Below, piece by piece: positions 29,401-44,400 of a DNA stretch of 64,000 bases; the stretch's first letter is position 1; the number at the start of each line of letters is the position of its first letter. The position numbers were made by a program, and so were the translations under genes. Where the stretch lies: positions 2,176,001-2,240,000 of the forward strand of contig CBDFLE010000005.1 in the NCBI GenBank assembly GCA_965248925.1, in the 5' to 3' direction. The notes beneath the pieces were generated by a model that was not told where the DNA came from, did no database searches, and worked only from the letters and a program-made list of their open reading frames with translations. Origin of the DNA: Candidatus Multivoradales bacterium (lineage in GTDB: Bacteria; Acidobacteriota; Thermoanaerobaculia; Multivoradales; J023).

Positions 29401-32400
29401 ATCCCCACCATGCCGACCAGCAGCTCCAGCGAGCGCTCGACGCTGAGGCCAACCCGGTCTTCCACCCCGATGCCGCGCCGCAGCAGCCCGGCAGCGAGCA
29501 GCGAAGACCGCCGGTCCAATTCACCATAGGTCAGGAACTCGCCACCGTAGCTGGCCGCTACCGCAGCTGGCCGCAGATTGACCTGACGCAGGAACAGGGC
29601 TCCGACCGACTCCCAACCAGACCCCGTGCTCGACCCTTCGTCGACCTCTAGGAGCAGTTGGTGTCGCTCGCCGCGGGTGAGCCAGGGGAGGCCGGCCAGG
29701 GGCCGTGCCGGGCTACTGACCGCCGCCTCAAGCAGGGTTTCGAAATGGCCCAGGAACCGCGCCACGGTCGCCGCATCAAAGAGGTCCTTGGCGTATTGCA
29801 GGGTACAACTCAGCGAGTCCTCACTGGCTTCTACCTGGAAAGTCCAATCGAACTTGGCCAAACCGCTGTCCAGGGTCGCCATCCGCCCGCGCCGGGTGAG
29901 GTCCAGCCCAGACCCGCCGGCCGGTCCGCCCGCGAGCTCGTAGGAGTCGCGGGCACGATAGGTGAACATTGTTTGGAATAGGGGCGTCCGCCCCAGCACG
30001 CGCTCCGGCCGCAGTTCCTGCACCAAGCGGTCGAAGGGCAGATCCTGATGTTGGTGAGCTTCCAGCACCGCTTCGCGGACTCGCTGGAACAGTTGCTCGA
30101 AGCTCTCCGCCACCGACCATCGGCTGCGCAACACCAGGGTGTTGACGAAGAAACCGATCAGCGGCTGTAGCTCCTGCCGCTGGCGGCCGGCGATCGGCGT
30201 GCCAACCGAGATATCGAGCTGGCCACTATGCCTGCCGAGCAGCAGCTGGAAAACCGCTAGAGTGAGGATGAAAGGTGTCGACTGGCCGCCGCGAGCAAAC
30301 TCCAAGGCCGCGGCCGCCAAATCTGCGGGCAACCGGCGACGGACCACCGCCGCTGCCGCACGCCGCAGGCCCCGCCGGGGTCGGTCGGTGGGCAAGCCGA
30401 GCAGGTCGGGGGCTTCAGCGAGGCGCTGGCGCCAGAAATCGACCTCGGACTCCAGCAGCGGCCCGGACAACCAGTCTTGCTGCCAGGCAGCATAGTCAGC
30501 GTATTGGATTGGCAGCTCGGCCAGAGCTGCTAATCGACCGTCCACGGCGCTGCTGTAGAGTTCCTCCAGCTCCCGCTGCAGCAGCTCCATCGACCAGCCG
30601 TCGGAGACGATGTGATGCATGCTCACCAGCAATCGGTGAACAGACTGCGACAAGCTCAGCACTGTCCAGCGCAGCACCGGCCCAGCCGTCAGGTCGAAGG
30701 GTTGGCGCGCCTCCTGGGCCGCCCAACGAGCCGCCTCTCGCCGGCCATCTGTGGAGGCCAGGCCAGCAAGATCGACCAGCGGCACCGGATAGGCTTCTGG
30801 CAACGGCACGATCTCTACGGTCGGCCGGTCGGCGACTTCTGGATAGCGACTGCGCAGCACCTGGTGGCGGCTCAGCACCTGGTGGAAAGCCCTACCCAGG
30901 ATCGGCCGATCTAGATTGCCGTCCAGATCCACCGCGAAAGACATGTTGTAGATCGGGCTACCCGGATCCAAGCGATCCAGCAGCCACATGCGCCGCTGAG
31001 CGAACGACAGGGTGGGTCCATGCTGGTCGTCAACAGCCGGCACCAAAGGCGGTAGGCTGGCGGCTGAAGGCCCCTCGATAGCGGTGATCGTGGCCGCCAG
31101 TCCGGCCGCTGTCGGCTGCTCGAAGAGCGCGGCTAGCGGCAGCTCGGTCCCGAGCTCGAAATTGATCCGGTTGATCAGTCGCACCGCCACCAACGAGTGC
31201 CCACCAAGGTCGAAGAAGCTTTGCTGGACGCCGATCGGGCGAACTGCAAACAGCTCTTCGAAAAGCTCCACCAGGCGCCTCTCCAAGGCGTTGCGCGGCG
31301 CCACTAGGTCCACCCCGACCTCGTCTTCGACACTCGGCAGCGCGGCCCGATCGAGCTTGCCATTCGGAGTCAGCGGCAACTCGTCGAGCTGGGTCAAAGC
31401 AGCGGGGATCATGTAGCCCGGTAGCCGCTCTTCCAACCAGCTCTGCAGCTCGCCAAGAGCCAGGGACGATGGGTCGAGAGCCTGATCCAAGGCGGCTATC
31501 ACGTAGGCGTAGATCCGTTGGCCGAGAACCTCGTGGTCGCGCACGATGGCGACCGCCTGCGAGACCTCGTCGAGCTCTTCCAGCAGCGCCTCGATCTCCC
31601 CCAGTTCGATGCGAAAGCCACGAATCTTGACCTGATGATCGAGCCGGCCGAGGTATTCAAGCTCGCCTCCCGAACCTCGCCGAACCAGATCACCAGTGCG
31701 ATAGAGGCGTTCTCCAGCCTGGCCAGCGAACGGATCGGGGACGAAGCGCGCAGCGGTGGCCGCCGGGTGGCACCAATACCCCCGGGCCAGCCCGTCGCCG
31801 CCGATCGACAGCTGGCCAGCAACGCCGAGCACCACCGGTCGCCCTACCGCATCGAGGACATGCAGAGAGGTGTTGGCGATGGGCCGCCCGATCGGCACTG
31901 TCACAGCGCTAGCGGTCGGCGCCTGCAACAGCTTGAAGCAAGCGGCGAAGGTCGTGCATTCGGTGGGTCCGTAGCCGTTCACCAAGCGCACCTCCGGCAA
32001 CGCCTGGTGGGCCGCTCGAACGGCCCGTGGATCGGCGGCCTCGCCGCCATAGATCAAGGTCTGCAAACCGCGGAAGGCCGCTGGCCGGTCGCGGATCAGC
32101 AGATTGAACACCGAGGTGGTGAGGAACATGTGATCGATCCGCAAGCGGGCCAGCGAATCGGCCAGCCGCTGTGGCGAGACCAGCACCTGCGAGTCGATGC
32201 CGACCAGCTGGCCGCCGTTCAGCAGCGGCATCCAGAACTCGAGGGTGGCGGCGTCGAACGATGCGGTCGAGGCTTGGGCCGTGCGTTCGCCCGCCCGCGG
32301 GTCGACATAATCGGTGTTGCGCACCAGCCGCAGGATCGCCAGATGGGGTATCGCGACCCCTTTCGGCTGACCGGTCGAACCGGAGGTGAACATGATGTAG

Positions 32401-35400
32401 GCCAGCTGCGCCGGCTGCACCTCGGCGGAGCGATCGACAGCCTCTCCTGCTTCGATCTCCGGCCAATCGCGGTCGAGACACAAAACCTCAATCGCCGCGG
32501 TCGGCAAGCGTTCGAGCAAGTCCTCGGAGGTCACCAGCACCGACACGCCAACGTCGCTCATCATCAATCGCAGGCGCTCTGCCGGATAACCTGGATCGAG
32601 CGGCACGTAGGCGGCACCGGCCTTGAGCACCCCGACCATGGCGACCAGCAGCTCCAGCGAACGCTCGATCGACAGCCCGACCCGGCTTTCTAGGCCAACT
32701 CCGCGGCGCTGCAAGGCGCCGGCCACCAAGGACGCTCGCCGGTCTAGTTCGGCGAAGCTCAAGGAGGCGTCGCCATAGCTGGCAACGATCGCCTGCGGCT
32801 GCCGGGCACTGTGCTGAGCGAGCAACTGGCTGATCGAAAGATCCCGCTCGATCCACGACCGGGTGTCGTTATGCTCGACCAGCAGCTGGTGCCGTTCCGC
32901 CGCCGCGAGTAGATCGATCGCCGCCAGAGTCTGGGTGGGTCGCTGCACCACCTGGCCAAGCAGATTCTCGAAATGGCCCAAGAAGCGTGCTGCCGTCGAG
33001 CGGTCGAAGATCTCTCGATCATATTCGAGTAGGCAGCTGAAATGACCACCGACCTCCGCCACCTGCAACGACCATTCAAACTTTGCCAGGCCGCTGCTGA
33101 CCGTGTCCAAGCCGCCGGGGTTGGTCGCGGCGCCATCGTCGGCTGGCGCCTCGGCATTTGCCGCCGCGGCGCTGTAGGTGAACATCGCTTGAAAGAGAGG
33201 CGTCCGGCCCAGGGCGCGCTCCGGCCGCAGCTCTTGCACTAACAGGTCAAACGGCAAGTCCTGGTGCTGGTGGGCCTGCAACACTTCGGCCCGAAGGCGC
33301 AGAAAGAGCTCCTCGAAGGTGTCGCCTGGCGCCCACTGGGCGCGCATCACCAAGGTGTTGACGAAAAGGCCGATCAGGTGGTGAAGCTCATGGCGATGAC
33401 GCCCACTGATTGGTGTTCCCACGCTGAAATCGAGCATGCCGGTGTAGCGACCGAGTAGGAGCTGGAAGACGGCCAAGGTCAGAATGAACGGCGTGGCGCG
33501 ATTCTGATGGGCAAACGCGAGGACATCTGTGGTCACCGCTGCCGATATTTGCCGGGTGCAGGCCGCCGACCGAGACCGCATAAGACCACCGCGAGGTCGG
33601 TCGGCTGGCAGCTCGAGAAACTCCGCCGCGCCATCAAGGCGCTGCCGCCAATAGTCGATCTCCGACTCCAGTAAGTCGCCCGACAACCACTGCTGTTGCC
33701 AAGCCGCGTAGTCACCATAGTGAATCGGCAGCTCGACCCAACGCGGCGCCCGACCGCTCACCGCGCCGCGATAGAACTCTGTCAGCTCCTGCTGTAGCAA
33801 GCCCAGCGACCAGCCGTCGGACACAATGTGATGCATGCTCACCAACAGCCGGTAACCCGACCCGCCAAGGCTGAGTAGAGTCCACCGCAGCAACCCCCCA
33901 GCCTGCAGATCGAAAGGCCGCCGAGCCAGCTCAGAGGCCCAGCGACCCGCTTGCAGCTGACCATCCCGCGGCTCGAGACCGGCCAGGTCTACCAGGGGTA
34001 CAGCGTAGGCGGCCGGCAGTGGCTCGATCTCCACCGAGGGCTCGTCGGCGACTTCCGGAAAACGACTGCGAAGCACCTCGTGACGCCGCAGAACCTGGTG
34101 CCAGGCCCAGCCCAGCGCAGGCCGATCAACCGCTTCTCCCAGATCGACCGCATAAGCCATGTTGTAGGTCGGGCTGCCCGGATCCAGCCGGTCGAGAAGC
34201 CACAAGCGACGCTGAGCGAAGGACAGCGTCCGCCGCTGATCAGCTGCCATCAACACCAGCGGCGGCAAGGCCCAGGCCGGTTCTCCCGTCGAGCCCTGGC
34301 GCAGCACTTCGGCCAGGCTGGCGACTGTCGCGTGCTCGAAGAACGAGGCCAACGGTAGATCCTGTTCGAACCGCTGCTGGATCTGAGCTTGTAGCCGCAC
34401 CGCCACCAACGAATGACCGCCCAGCTCGAAGAAACTCTGGTGGATGCCAACCGCCGACCGGCCAAGCAGCTTCTGGTAGATCTCCACCACCTCCATCTCG
34501 ACCGCATCCCGGGGCGAGCTCATCAACTCGGCCGCGACCGGCTCGCCGACATCCGGCAACGCCTGGCGATCGAGCTTGCCGTTGGCAAGCAATGGTAATT
34601 CGCTCAGAACAGCGATCCCGGTGGGCACCATGTAAGGCGGCAGATGTTGCTCCAGAACGTCAAGCAAGCTGCTGCGGAGATCACCTGCGGAGCCACTCGA
34701 GGGGAGGGCCGGGCTAGGCACGACATAGGCGAATATCCGGTTGCCGAGGGTGTCGTGGCGACGCACCACGGCGACCGCCCGAGCCACTCCCGGCGCCCCT
34801 TTCAGCAAGCATTCGATCTCCCCTAATTCGATGCGAAAACCGCGCACTTTGACCTGGTGATCGATGCGTCGCAGGTAATCGATCACCCCATCGGTGCGTG
34901 AGCTCACCAAATCACCGGTGCGGTAAAGCCGTTCTCCGGCCACCCGCGCCCAAGGATTCGGCACGAAGCTGGTGGCGGTCCTGGCGGCCAGTCCGCCATA
35001 GCCGCGGGCCAGGCCAACCCCGGCCAAGCACAGCTCGCCGACCACCCCCAGCGGCACTGGCCACAGCTCACCATCCACCAGATGAGTGCGCAGGTTGGCG
35101 ATCGGCCGACCGATCGGCACCCCAGCCTCAACATCCTCCGCGGTGCAAGTCCAGGCGGTCACCTCGATCGAGGCTTCAGTGGGTCCGTATAGATTGTGCA
35201 AGGGCACCGATCCCAGGCGGCGGCGATAGCTGCTCAGCAGCTCTGCCGACAACGCCTCACCGCTGGCCAGCACCCCCCGCAGGCTGGCGCAATGTCTCTC
35301 GATATCGGCGCTGGCCAGGAAAGCGCTCATCATCGACGGCACGAAGTGCACATGGGTGATCCGCCAGCGGGCCAAGGTCCGCTTCAAATACTCCGCATCA

Positions 35401-38400
35401 CCGTGCGCTTCAGGCCGCGCCAGATAGAGGGTGGCACCGGCGATCAGCGGCCAGAACAGCTCGTTGACCGACACATCGAAAGTCACCGGCGTCTTCTGCA
35501 ACCAGCGATCCGCTGCCACGAGGGGCATCGTCGTCTGCCCCCAGAGCAGCCGGTTGACCACTCCGCGATGAGAATTCATCACCCCCTTCGGCCGGCCGGT
35601 CGAGCCCGAGGTGTAGATCACGTAGGCCAGCTGGTCGGGGTCAGGACGCTGGAGGGCCGGCACCCGGAGCGCCGCCGACGGCGAAGCGGCGCTGTCGAGC
35701 AAGACCAGCTGGCGTTCGCTCGCCCAGCGCGAGGCCCACTTGGATTGGCTCAGCACCACGTCCACGTCGCTATCGTCAAGCATGAACTCCAACCGCTCTT
35801 GCGGATCGCCGGGATCGAGGGGCAAATAGGCAGCTCCGGCCTTCCAGATCGCCAACAGTCCAACCACCAGCTCGACCGAGCGCTCAGCGCAGATTCCCAC
35901 CCGGGTCTCCCGCCCCACACCGAGGTCACGTAGCCGCTGGGCCAGCGATTCACTGCACCGCTCGAGCTCGCCGTAGCTCAGCGCCGCCCGTTCTGAAACC
36001 AGCGCCAAGGCATCCGGATTCGCTACCGCCCGACTGCTGATCAGCTCATGAACACAGCCCTCGGCGGCCTCGAAGACGACCTCAGTATCGAGCTGCTCGA
36101 TCAACACCTGATGCCGCTCCGCCGGTCGCCAGAGAGCCAGTTCGGCGAGCGCCCGGGTGGGATCAGCAAGAGAGTTGGTGAGCAACTCACGGTAGTACGT
36201 CAGCCACCGCTGGGCAGTGACGTCGTCATAAAGGTCGGTGTTGTACTCCAGCTCACAACCCAGCTGGGTGCCATGTTCGGCCGCCGCGAAGGTCAGATCG
36301 AATTTGGCGGTGGCCGCCACCGCGCCGTCGCTCCCCTGCACCTCCAGACCGTCCGCTGGCGGCTCAGCAAGCTGCCGAGCGGCATCCACGGCACTGCGGA
36401 CCCGGGCCTCGGCCGAGAAGTTCATCAACACCTGAAATAACGGCGGGAAGGCCAGGCTGCGATTCGGTTGTAGCTCTTCAACCAACCGCTCGAAGGGCAG
36501 GTCCTGATGATCTTGAGCTTCGACCAGCAGCTCTCGCACCTGGGCGACGATGGCCGCGAAGCAGTCATTCGGCGCACACTGCACGCGGGCCACCACGACA
36601 TTGACGAACAGTCCGATCAAATCCTCCACCTGGCGGTGACGGCGACCGGCAACCGGCAGCCCGACCACCACGTCGCGCTGTCCGCTCAAGCGACTGAGCA
36701 GCATCGCCAGGACGCTGAGGGCAACCGTGAAGGTGGTCACTCGACTGCGCTGGGCGAAGCTCTTCAGCCGGTCGAAACTGGTGGCAGAGAGAGACGAAGC
36801 GATGCCCGCGCCGCGGAACGTCTGCACCGCAGGGCGCCGCCTGTCGGTCGGTAGCTCGAGCCGTTCCGGCGCCCCCGCTAGACGCTGGCGCCAGTAACTC
36901 AACAGCCGCTCCAAGCGCTCTCCACTGAGCCAGCGGCGCTGCCAGGAGGCGAAATCCGAATACTGCAAGCGAGGTTCTTCGAGCACTGGCGGATCGCCGG
37001 CGGCAAAGGACTGGTAGAGTTCCTCCAACTCGCGTTCCAACACCGACATCGACCAACCGTCAGAGAGGATGTGGTGCAAGGTGATCAGCAAACGGTGGCG
37101 CTGCTGGTCGATCCGCAGCACCTGCCAGCGACTGGTCGGGCCGCGTTCGAGGTCGAGAGCAGCGCTGGCTTGCTGAGCGGCGATACGGTCGGCCTGGCGG
37201 TCGCCGGCCGGCGACCGTAGGCGGCTGAGATCGATGCAGGTCAAGCCGACTGCCGAAGGTGGGTCGACGCAAACGCTGGGCCGCCCCTGGGAAGTGATGG
37301 GAAAGCGCGAGCGCAGCACCTGGTGGCGCCGCAGGAGTTCATACACCGCCCGGCGCAAGGCGCCCAGGGCGAGGCCTCCTTCGAGCCCGACGGAGTACGG
37401 CATGTTGTAGGCCGGGCTGTCCGGCTCCATCAAATGGAGGAACCACAGCCGCTCCTGGGCATAGGATAGCTGCGCCGGTTGGCTTTGCCCTCGAGCGGCG
37501 GCCAGAGAGCCGATCAGCGGCTCGAGCTGCAACTCCCATCCATCTTCCTCAGCCACCCCTCTGGACTCCAGAGTCGCCGCCAATCCAGCGATCGTCGGAT
37601 GTTCGAAGAGACTCGCCAGCGGCACCGCTCGACCGAGTTCCTGCTCGACTCGATTGAGCAGCCGAACCGCCACCAACGAGTGTCCGCCGAGCTCGAAGAA
37701 GTTCTCTCCGATAGCGACCGTCGGACGCTCCAACACCTCGCTCCAGATCTCCGACAAGACCTGCTCCAGAGCCGTGCGGGGGGCTTCCAAGCGAGCGTTC
37801 TCGAGCGGCTCCAGGGCGAGCAGAGCGCGACGGTTGAGCTTGCCGTTGGCGGTCAGTGGCAGCTCGTCGAGCAGTCGGTAAGCAGTCGGTAGCATGTAGA
37901 CCGGCAGAGCCACCTCAAGAGCTCCGCGCAGGCTGTCCAGGGTGCTGCGTTGATCATTCTCCGACGGCCTCTGGGCCAGCGGCTCAGCCGGCACCACAAA
38001 GGCCAGCAAACGCGGCGTGGAGCCCTCCTCTACCGCAGCCAGGACAACCGCCGACCGTACTGCGGCCAAACTCTCGAGAGTGCGCTCGATCTCCCCCAGC
38101 TCGACCCGGAAACCGCGAATCTTGAGCTGCTGATCGATCCGCCCGAGAATCTCGATTTCACCTGCGGCCGAATGGCGGGTCAAGTCACCGCTGCGATAGA
38201 GGCGACCACCGGGGTGGGCGGCGAACGGATCGGGGACGAAGCGCGCAGCGGTCAGAGCCGGCGAACCGCCATACCCCCGGGCCAGTAGCCCTCCCGCCAA
38301 CGCCAGCTCACCAGCGATCCCCGGAGCCACCGGCCGCAGCCAGCGATCCAGCACATAGGCCCGGCAACCGGGGAGCGGCCGCCCGATCGGCACCGCAGCG

Positions 38401-41400
38401 CTACCACCCCCGCGCGGTGACTGGCTGGTCAACACCCCGACGGTGGTCTCGCTGGGGCCGTAGTGATTGATCAGCAGGCACTCGGGAGCGAGCCGTTCGA
38501 GTTCGGCCCACAACTCCCAGGTCGAGGCTTCGCCGCCGAGGATAAGGCGCCGACGGGGCAGCGCATCCGCCGGCCTGTCGCCCTTCAGCAACTCGGCGAG
38601 GTGGGTCGGAACGATCTTCAAACAATCGATCGGATGGCGCTGGAAGTAGCTCTCAAAAGCCGCCGCGTCGGTCACCGTCTGATACGGCAAAACGTGCAGC
38701 ACAGCGCCGTTGACCAGGGCTGGGAAGAGCATGGTATTGCCCAGATCAGCGCCGAAAGTCGAGACCATCGCATACGAACGGCAGTGGCGCAGCTGCAGCC
38801 GCTCGATCACCGCCCAGCAGTAGCCCATCAGCTGGGCGTGGCCCACCTGCACCCCTTTCGGCAGACCACTGGAGCCGGAAGTGAAGATCACATAGGCCAG
38901 AGCGTCACCACCGAGTTCGCCGACCGGTTCGAGCACGCCGCCATCGAAATCCTCGAATTCCTGCCAGCAGGCATCGATCACCACCGCCGCCCGGCGCACC
39001 CCCGGCGGTAAGCCATCGACCAGCTCGGCGGCGGATAGAAGCAGTGGATTTGCCGCCTCGTCGAGGATCGCCGCGACCCGAGCGAGGGGCTGGCGGGGAT
39101 CGATCGGCAGGTAAGCGCCGCCGGCCTTGAGCACCGCCAGAAGAGCGACCACCATGCTGCTCGAACGCTCGAGCCACAGCGCCACCGGCACTTCCGGTCC
39201 AACCCCGCGGCGGCGCAGGAAGCGGGCCAATTGGTTGGCTCGGCGATCGAACTCGCCATAGCTCAGCTGGGTGTCGGCGGCCACCACCGCGATCGCCTGC
39301 GGCCGCTCAGCGGCATGGGCCTCCACCCACTGGTGGAGCTGGCGCGACGGCTGGACGCTGCCGGTGTCGTTCCATTCCTCGAGCAGCGTGTGGCGTTCGC
39401 CGCGACTCAGCAGGTCGACTTCCACCGGCAGCAGCGCCGGGTCGGAGATCAGCGCCCGCAGCAGACGTTCGAAGCGCGCCAACCACCCCTCAACCGTCTC
39501 AGCGCTGAACAGGTCACGGTCATATTCCAGCTCACACTGCCAGCTCGGGCCGCTGTTGACCGTCATTTTCAAGTCGAACTTGGCCCACCCGGTCGCCACC
39601 CCATAGGCATCGGCGGCATAGTTGCCAGGCTCCCCGGCCGCATTCGCGGCAGCCTCTCCGAGCGCTCCGAAGTTCGCCTCGTGGAACGAAAAGAGGGTTT
39701 GAAACAACGGCGTGTAGGAACGGTCACGCTCCGGTCGCAACTCCTCGACCAGCTTGTCGAAAGGCAAGTCTTGGTGCAAATGGGCATCGAGGGTGTGCTC
39801 GCGAACCATCCGGATGAGCGACCGGAAGGCCCGCTCACCGACTCCCCTGCTGCGGATCACCAGGGTATTGACGAAGAAACCGATCAAAGGCTCGAGCTGA
39901 CGATGGTGGCGGCCGGCGATCGGCGTCCCCACTGACAGATCAGCCTGACCGGTCAAGCGGGCCAGCAGAGCTTTGTAGGCCGCCAACATGACCATGAACG
40001 GCGTCGCGCCCTCGGTCCGCGCCAACTCTTCGATAGCCTCGACCAGCGTGGCTTCAAGCTCCAGCCGGGCGTAGCCGGCACGGTGGCCCTGGACCTTGGG
40101 GCGCGGCCAATCGAGGGGTAGTCGCAGCATCTTGGGCGCCTCGGCCAGGCGCTCTTGCCAGTAGGCGATTTCCGCCTCCAGCACCTCCCCCGCCAGCCAG
40201 CCTCGCTGCCAACCGGCGTAGTCGCCGTACTGCAACTCAAGCGCTTCGAGGGGCGAAGGGAGGCCGGCGGCGAAGGCCCGGTAGAGCGCCGACAGCTCAG
40301 CCCGCAAGATGTCGAGAGACCAACCGTCGGAGACGATGTGGTGCATTGCCACCAACAGCAAATGCTGCCGCGGAGTGAAGCGCAGCAAGCTCTGGTAGAG
40401 CATCGGACCGCGGCTCAGATCAAAGACCTTGAGCCGATGAGCGGCGGCCAGGCAGTCACCTATCGCCGTTCGATCGGCGGCTTCCAGATGGCTCAGATCG
40501 ATCAGCGGTAGGACCGCCACCGGCCCCTCGTCCAGCACTTGCTCGAGGGCATCCTGACCCATTTCTAAGCGACCCCGCAGCACCTCATGGCGACTCACCA
40601 CCGCGGCAAAAGCGCGCCCCATGGCGGCGGGATCGATGGCTCCTTCGAGGCGGACCTCGAACGGTATGGTGTAGAGAGGGCTTGCCGGAGCCAGTTGATC
40701 GAGCAACCACATCCGTTCCTGAGCGAACGAAGCGCGGCGGCGAACAGCGGGCGGCAGAGCCACCATCGGCGGTCGTTCGGCCTGCTGGCCAGCGCCCCGA
40801 GCCTGCTTCACTCCGGCCGCCAGTTGCCGGATGGTCGGCGACTCAAAGAGCACCCGCAGCGGCAGCTCGACCGCACAGGTCTCCCGCAACCGAGACATCA
40901 GCTGGGTGGCCATCAGCGAGTGACCACCGAGGGCAAAAAAGTCGTCTTCCACGCCAACCTCGGCGAGGCCCAGAACTTCCTTCCACAGGCCGACCAACAG
41001 CTCCTCTACCGCGGTCCGCGGCGGACTAGCTTCGCCACCGCGCAGCGCCACTTCTTCGAGCTGCCGACGCCGTAGCGCCGCGGTGTCGATCTTGCCGTTG
41101 GGGTTGAGCGGCAACTCCGGCAGCAGAACGTAACTCGCCGGCTGCATATAGGGTGGCAACTGCCGCGCCACAGCGCTGCTCAAGCTACGTTCGAGGCGGT
41201 CGTTGCGCGCTGCCTCCACATCGCCACCGGGAACTACGAACGCCACCAACTGGCGATCGGCCTGCTCACCCACCGGTAGCACAAAGGCCGCCGCCACCCC
41301 TTCCTCGGCCTCCAGCACGACGGCAATCTCGCTCGGCTCGATGCGGAAACCACGAATCTTGACTTGCTGATCGATCCGGCCCAAGAATTCCAGCTCGCCG

Positions 41401-44400
41401 CCGTGTTGCCGGCGCAGCCAATCGCCGCTACGGTAGAGCCGCTGCCCGGGCAGGTCGGTAAAGAGGGCCGGAACGAAGCACTCGGCGGTCAACGCGGGTC
41501 GGTTCCAATAGCCCCGCGCCAACCCCTGGCCGCCGATCCACAGCTCGCCGCCGACCCCCAGCGGCGCGACCTGCCCGCCGGCCCCGACCAAGTGCAGCGA
41601 GGTGTTGGCGATCGGCAGGCCGATCGGCACGGTCCTGGAACCCTCCTGCGGTAGCTCGGACACCACCTGCCAGGAAGCGAAAGTAGTGCATTCGGTAGGG
41701 CCGTAGACGTGCAACAAACGCAAGCTCGGCGAGGCCGCCAGCACCGTGCCCACCGACCGCGGATCGCAAGCTTCGCCGCCGAAGAGGACAGTCCGCAAGG
41801 TGGCGAGAGCCGCCGGTTGCAGCCGCGCCACCAGATTGAACACCGAGGTGGTGAGGAAGGCATGGTCGACCCGCTGCCGGCGCAGAACTCGCGCCAGACG
41901 ATCCGGCGCCAGCAGCTCCGACTGCTCGATTCCGACCACCTGCCCGCCCCCCAACAACGGCCCCCAAAGCTCGAAAGTGGCGGCGTCAAAGGAGGCGGTC
42001 GAAGCCTGGGCAACGCGCTCGCCGGAGCCCACCCGCAGGTAGTCGGTATTCAACAATAGGCGCAGAATGCCGGCCTGCGGCACCGCCACTCCCTTCGGCC
42101 GGCCGGTCGAGCCCGAGGTGTAGACGATGTAGGCTAGGCTCGCAGGTGGCGCCGCAACACCAGTCTCGATCGCCGAACCGGCCTCGATCGCCGACCAATC
42201 ACGGTCGAGGCAGAGCACCGTGACGCCAGCAGCCGGCAACCGCGTGGCCCCAGCCTGCTCGGTGACCAACACGCTCAAATCGGCGTCTTCGATCATCCAG
42301 CGCAGGCGCTCCTCGGGATAGGACGGATCGAGGGGCACGTAGGCGGCACCGGCTTGGACGATGCCGAGCATACCGACCAGCAGATCGGGCGAGCGCTCGA
42401 CACTGAGCCCAACCCGATCCTCGCGGCCGACCCCGAGTCCCGCCAGGCTGCCGGCCAGCAAGGCGGCACGGCGGCGCAGCTCGCCGTAGCTCAGCCACCG
42501 CTCGCCGTAACTCACCGCCGCCGCATCGGGCCGCGACCGAACTTGCTCCAGGAAGCAGCCGGCCAGGGTCAGTGGCGGCAAGGTGGCGGCCGCGTCGTTG
42601 AACTCCAGCAACAGCTGATGGCGCTCGGCGGCGGCGAGCAGCGGAACCGCGGAGAGTTTCAACGCCGGCACCTCGCTCCAAGCCTCGACCAGACCGCCGA
42701 ACTGCCGCAGCAGCCGCTGTATCGATACTCGGTCGAACAACTGCCGATCAAATTGCGCGCCCACCACGGCCCCGTCAGCGGTGACGGTCAAGGTCATCGA
42801 GAGGTCGAATTTAGTGGTCGCTTCAGCGCGGCTCCAGGGCTCGACTTCGATCCCCGGTACGGCGCCAGCGCGCTGCTCTTCCGGCCCCTGATCGTCGAAG
42901 CTGAAAGTGGTTTGGAACAGCGGCGTCAACGATAAATCCCGCCGCGGTTCGAGCTCCTCGACGAGGCGTTCGAAGGGCACCTCCCGGTGGGCGTAGGCTT
43001 CCAGCGCCAGCGATCGGGTGCTCTCCAGATGGCTAGCGAGGTTGGGGTCTGAGCCCAGCTCGGCGCGCAGCACCAGGGTGTTGACGAAGAAGCCGATCAA
43101 GCCCTCGGTCTCGGGCTGGTCGCGACCCGCCACCGGCGTGCCGACCACCACATCGCGCTGGCCGCAAATGCGCGCCAGCAGTCCTTGGTAAAGGCCCATG
43201 AAAGCCATGAAGTCGGTGGCGCCAACTCTCCGGGCGTGCTCGCGAAAGCGGAGGATCGAAGCCTCTGGCAGCCGCAACTCGCAGCCACCGGCCGGATAGC
43301 GGCGGCGCATCGGGCGCGGCCGATCAAGCGGGAGTTCAAGCCGCGCCACGCCGGCCAGTCGCCGCCGCCAGTAGTCCACTTGACGCTCGAGCAGCTCACC
43401 GCTCAGCCACTGCCGCTGCCAGATCGAGTAGTCGGCGTAGTGCACCGTCAGCGGCGCCAAGGGCGCCGGCCGGCCGGTGCTGGCGGCGGCGTAGAGGGCG
43501 GTCAGCTCGCGCCACAAGATATCGATCGACCAGCCGTCGGAGACGATGTGGTGCATGACCACCGCCCAGAGATGGTCGCCATCTCCGAGGCGGACCAGCA
43601 AGGCGCGGATCAGCGGCCCGTGGGCGAGGTCGAAGGGCCGCCGGACCACATCGGCAAGGCAGACCTCGGCCGCCGAGTTCGCCACCTCGCGCTCGAGGGC
43701 CGAGAGATCGACCACAGCACCGCCAGCGGCGGTCGGCGGCAGAATTTGTTGCACCGGCGACGGTCCGTCGCTACGGAACACGGTGCGCAGGCTTTCGTGC
43801 CGCTCGATCGCCGCCGCCAGCGCCGATCGCAATGCCGCGACGTCGAGCTTTCCCCGCAACCTTACCGCCAGCGGCATGTTGTAGGCGGTGCTGTCCGGAT
43901 CGAGCTGGTCGATCAACCACAGTCGCTGCTGAGCGAAAGACAGCGGCACCTGGTCGCCGCGTTCGAGCGCCAGCAAAGGTGGCCGCGCCAGGCTGTCGCC
44001 GACCTGTCCGGCCGCCACCGCCGCCGCCAGCTGGCGGATGGTTGGGCCGTCAAAGATGGTGCGTAGTTCGAGGTCAACCTCGAACTGGCGCCGCAGGCTG
44101 GAGATCACTCGGGTCGCCAGGATCGAGTGGCCACCGAGTTCGAAGAAGCTTTCCGTAGTGCCGACCACGTCGAGCCCGAGCAGCTCCTGCCACAGCTCGG
44201 CGATGGTCTGCTCGACCGGCGTGCGCGGCAGCTGCCGCTCGACCGCCCGCAGCATGCCAAAACGCTGCGGCGCCGGCAGAGCGGCGCGGTCCAGCTTGCC
44301 ATTCGGCAACAGCGGCAGCTCTTCGAGCTGGATCCAGGCCGCCGGCAGCATGTGCTCTGCCAGGTCGGGCGCCAGATGCTCTAGCAGCTGGTCGAGGGTC

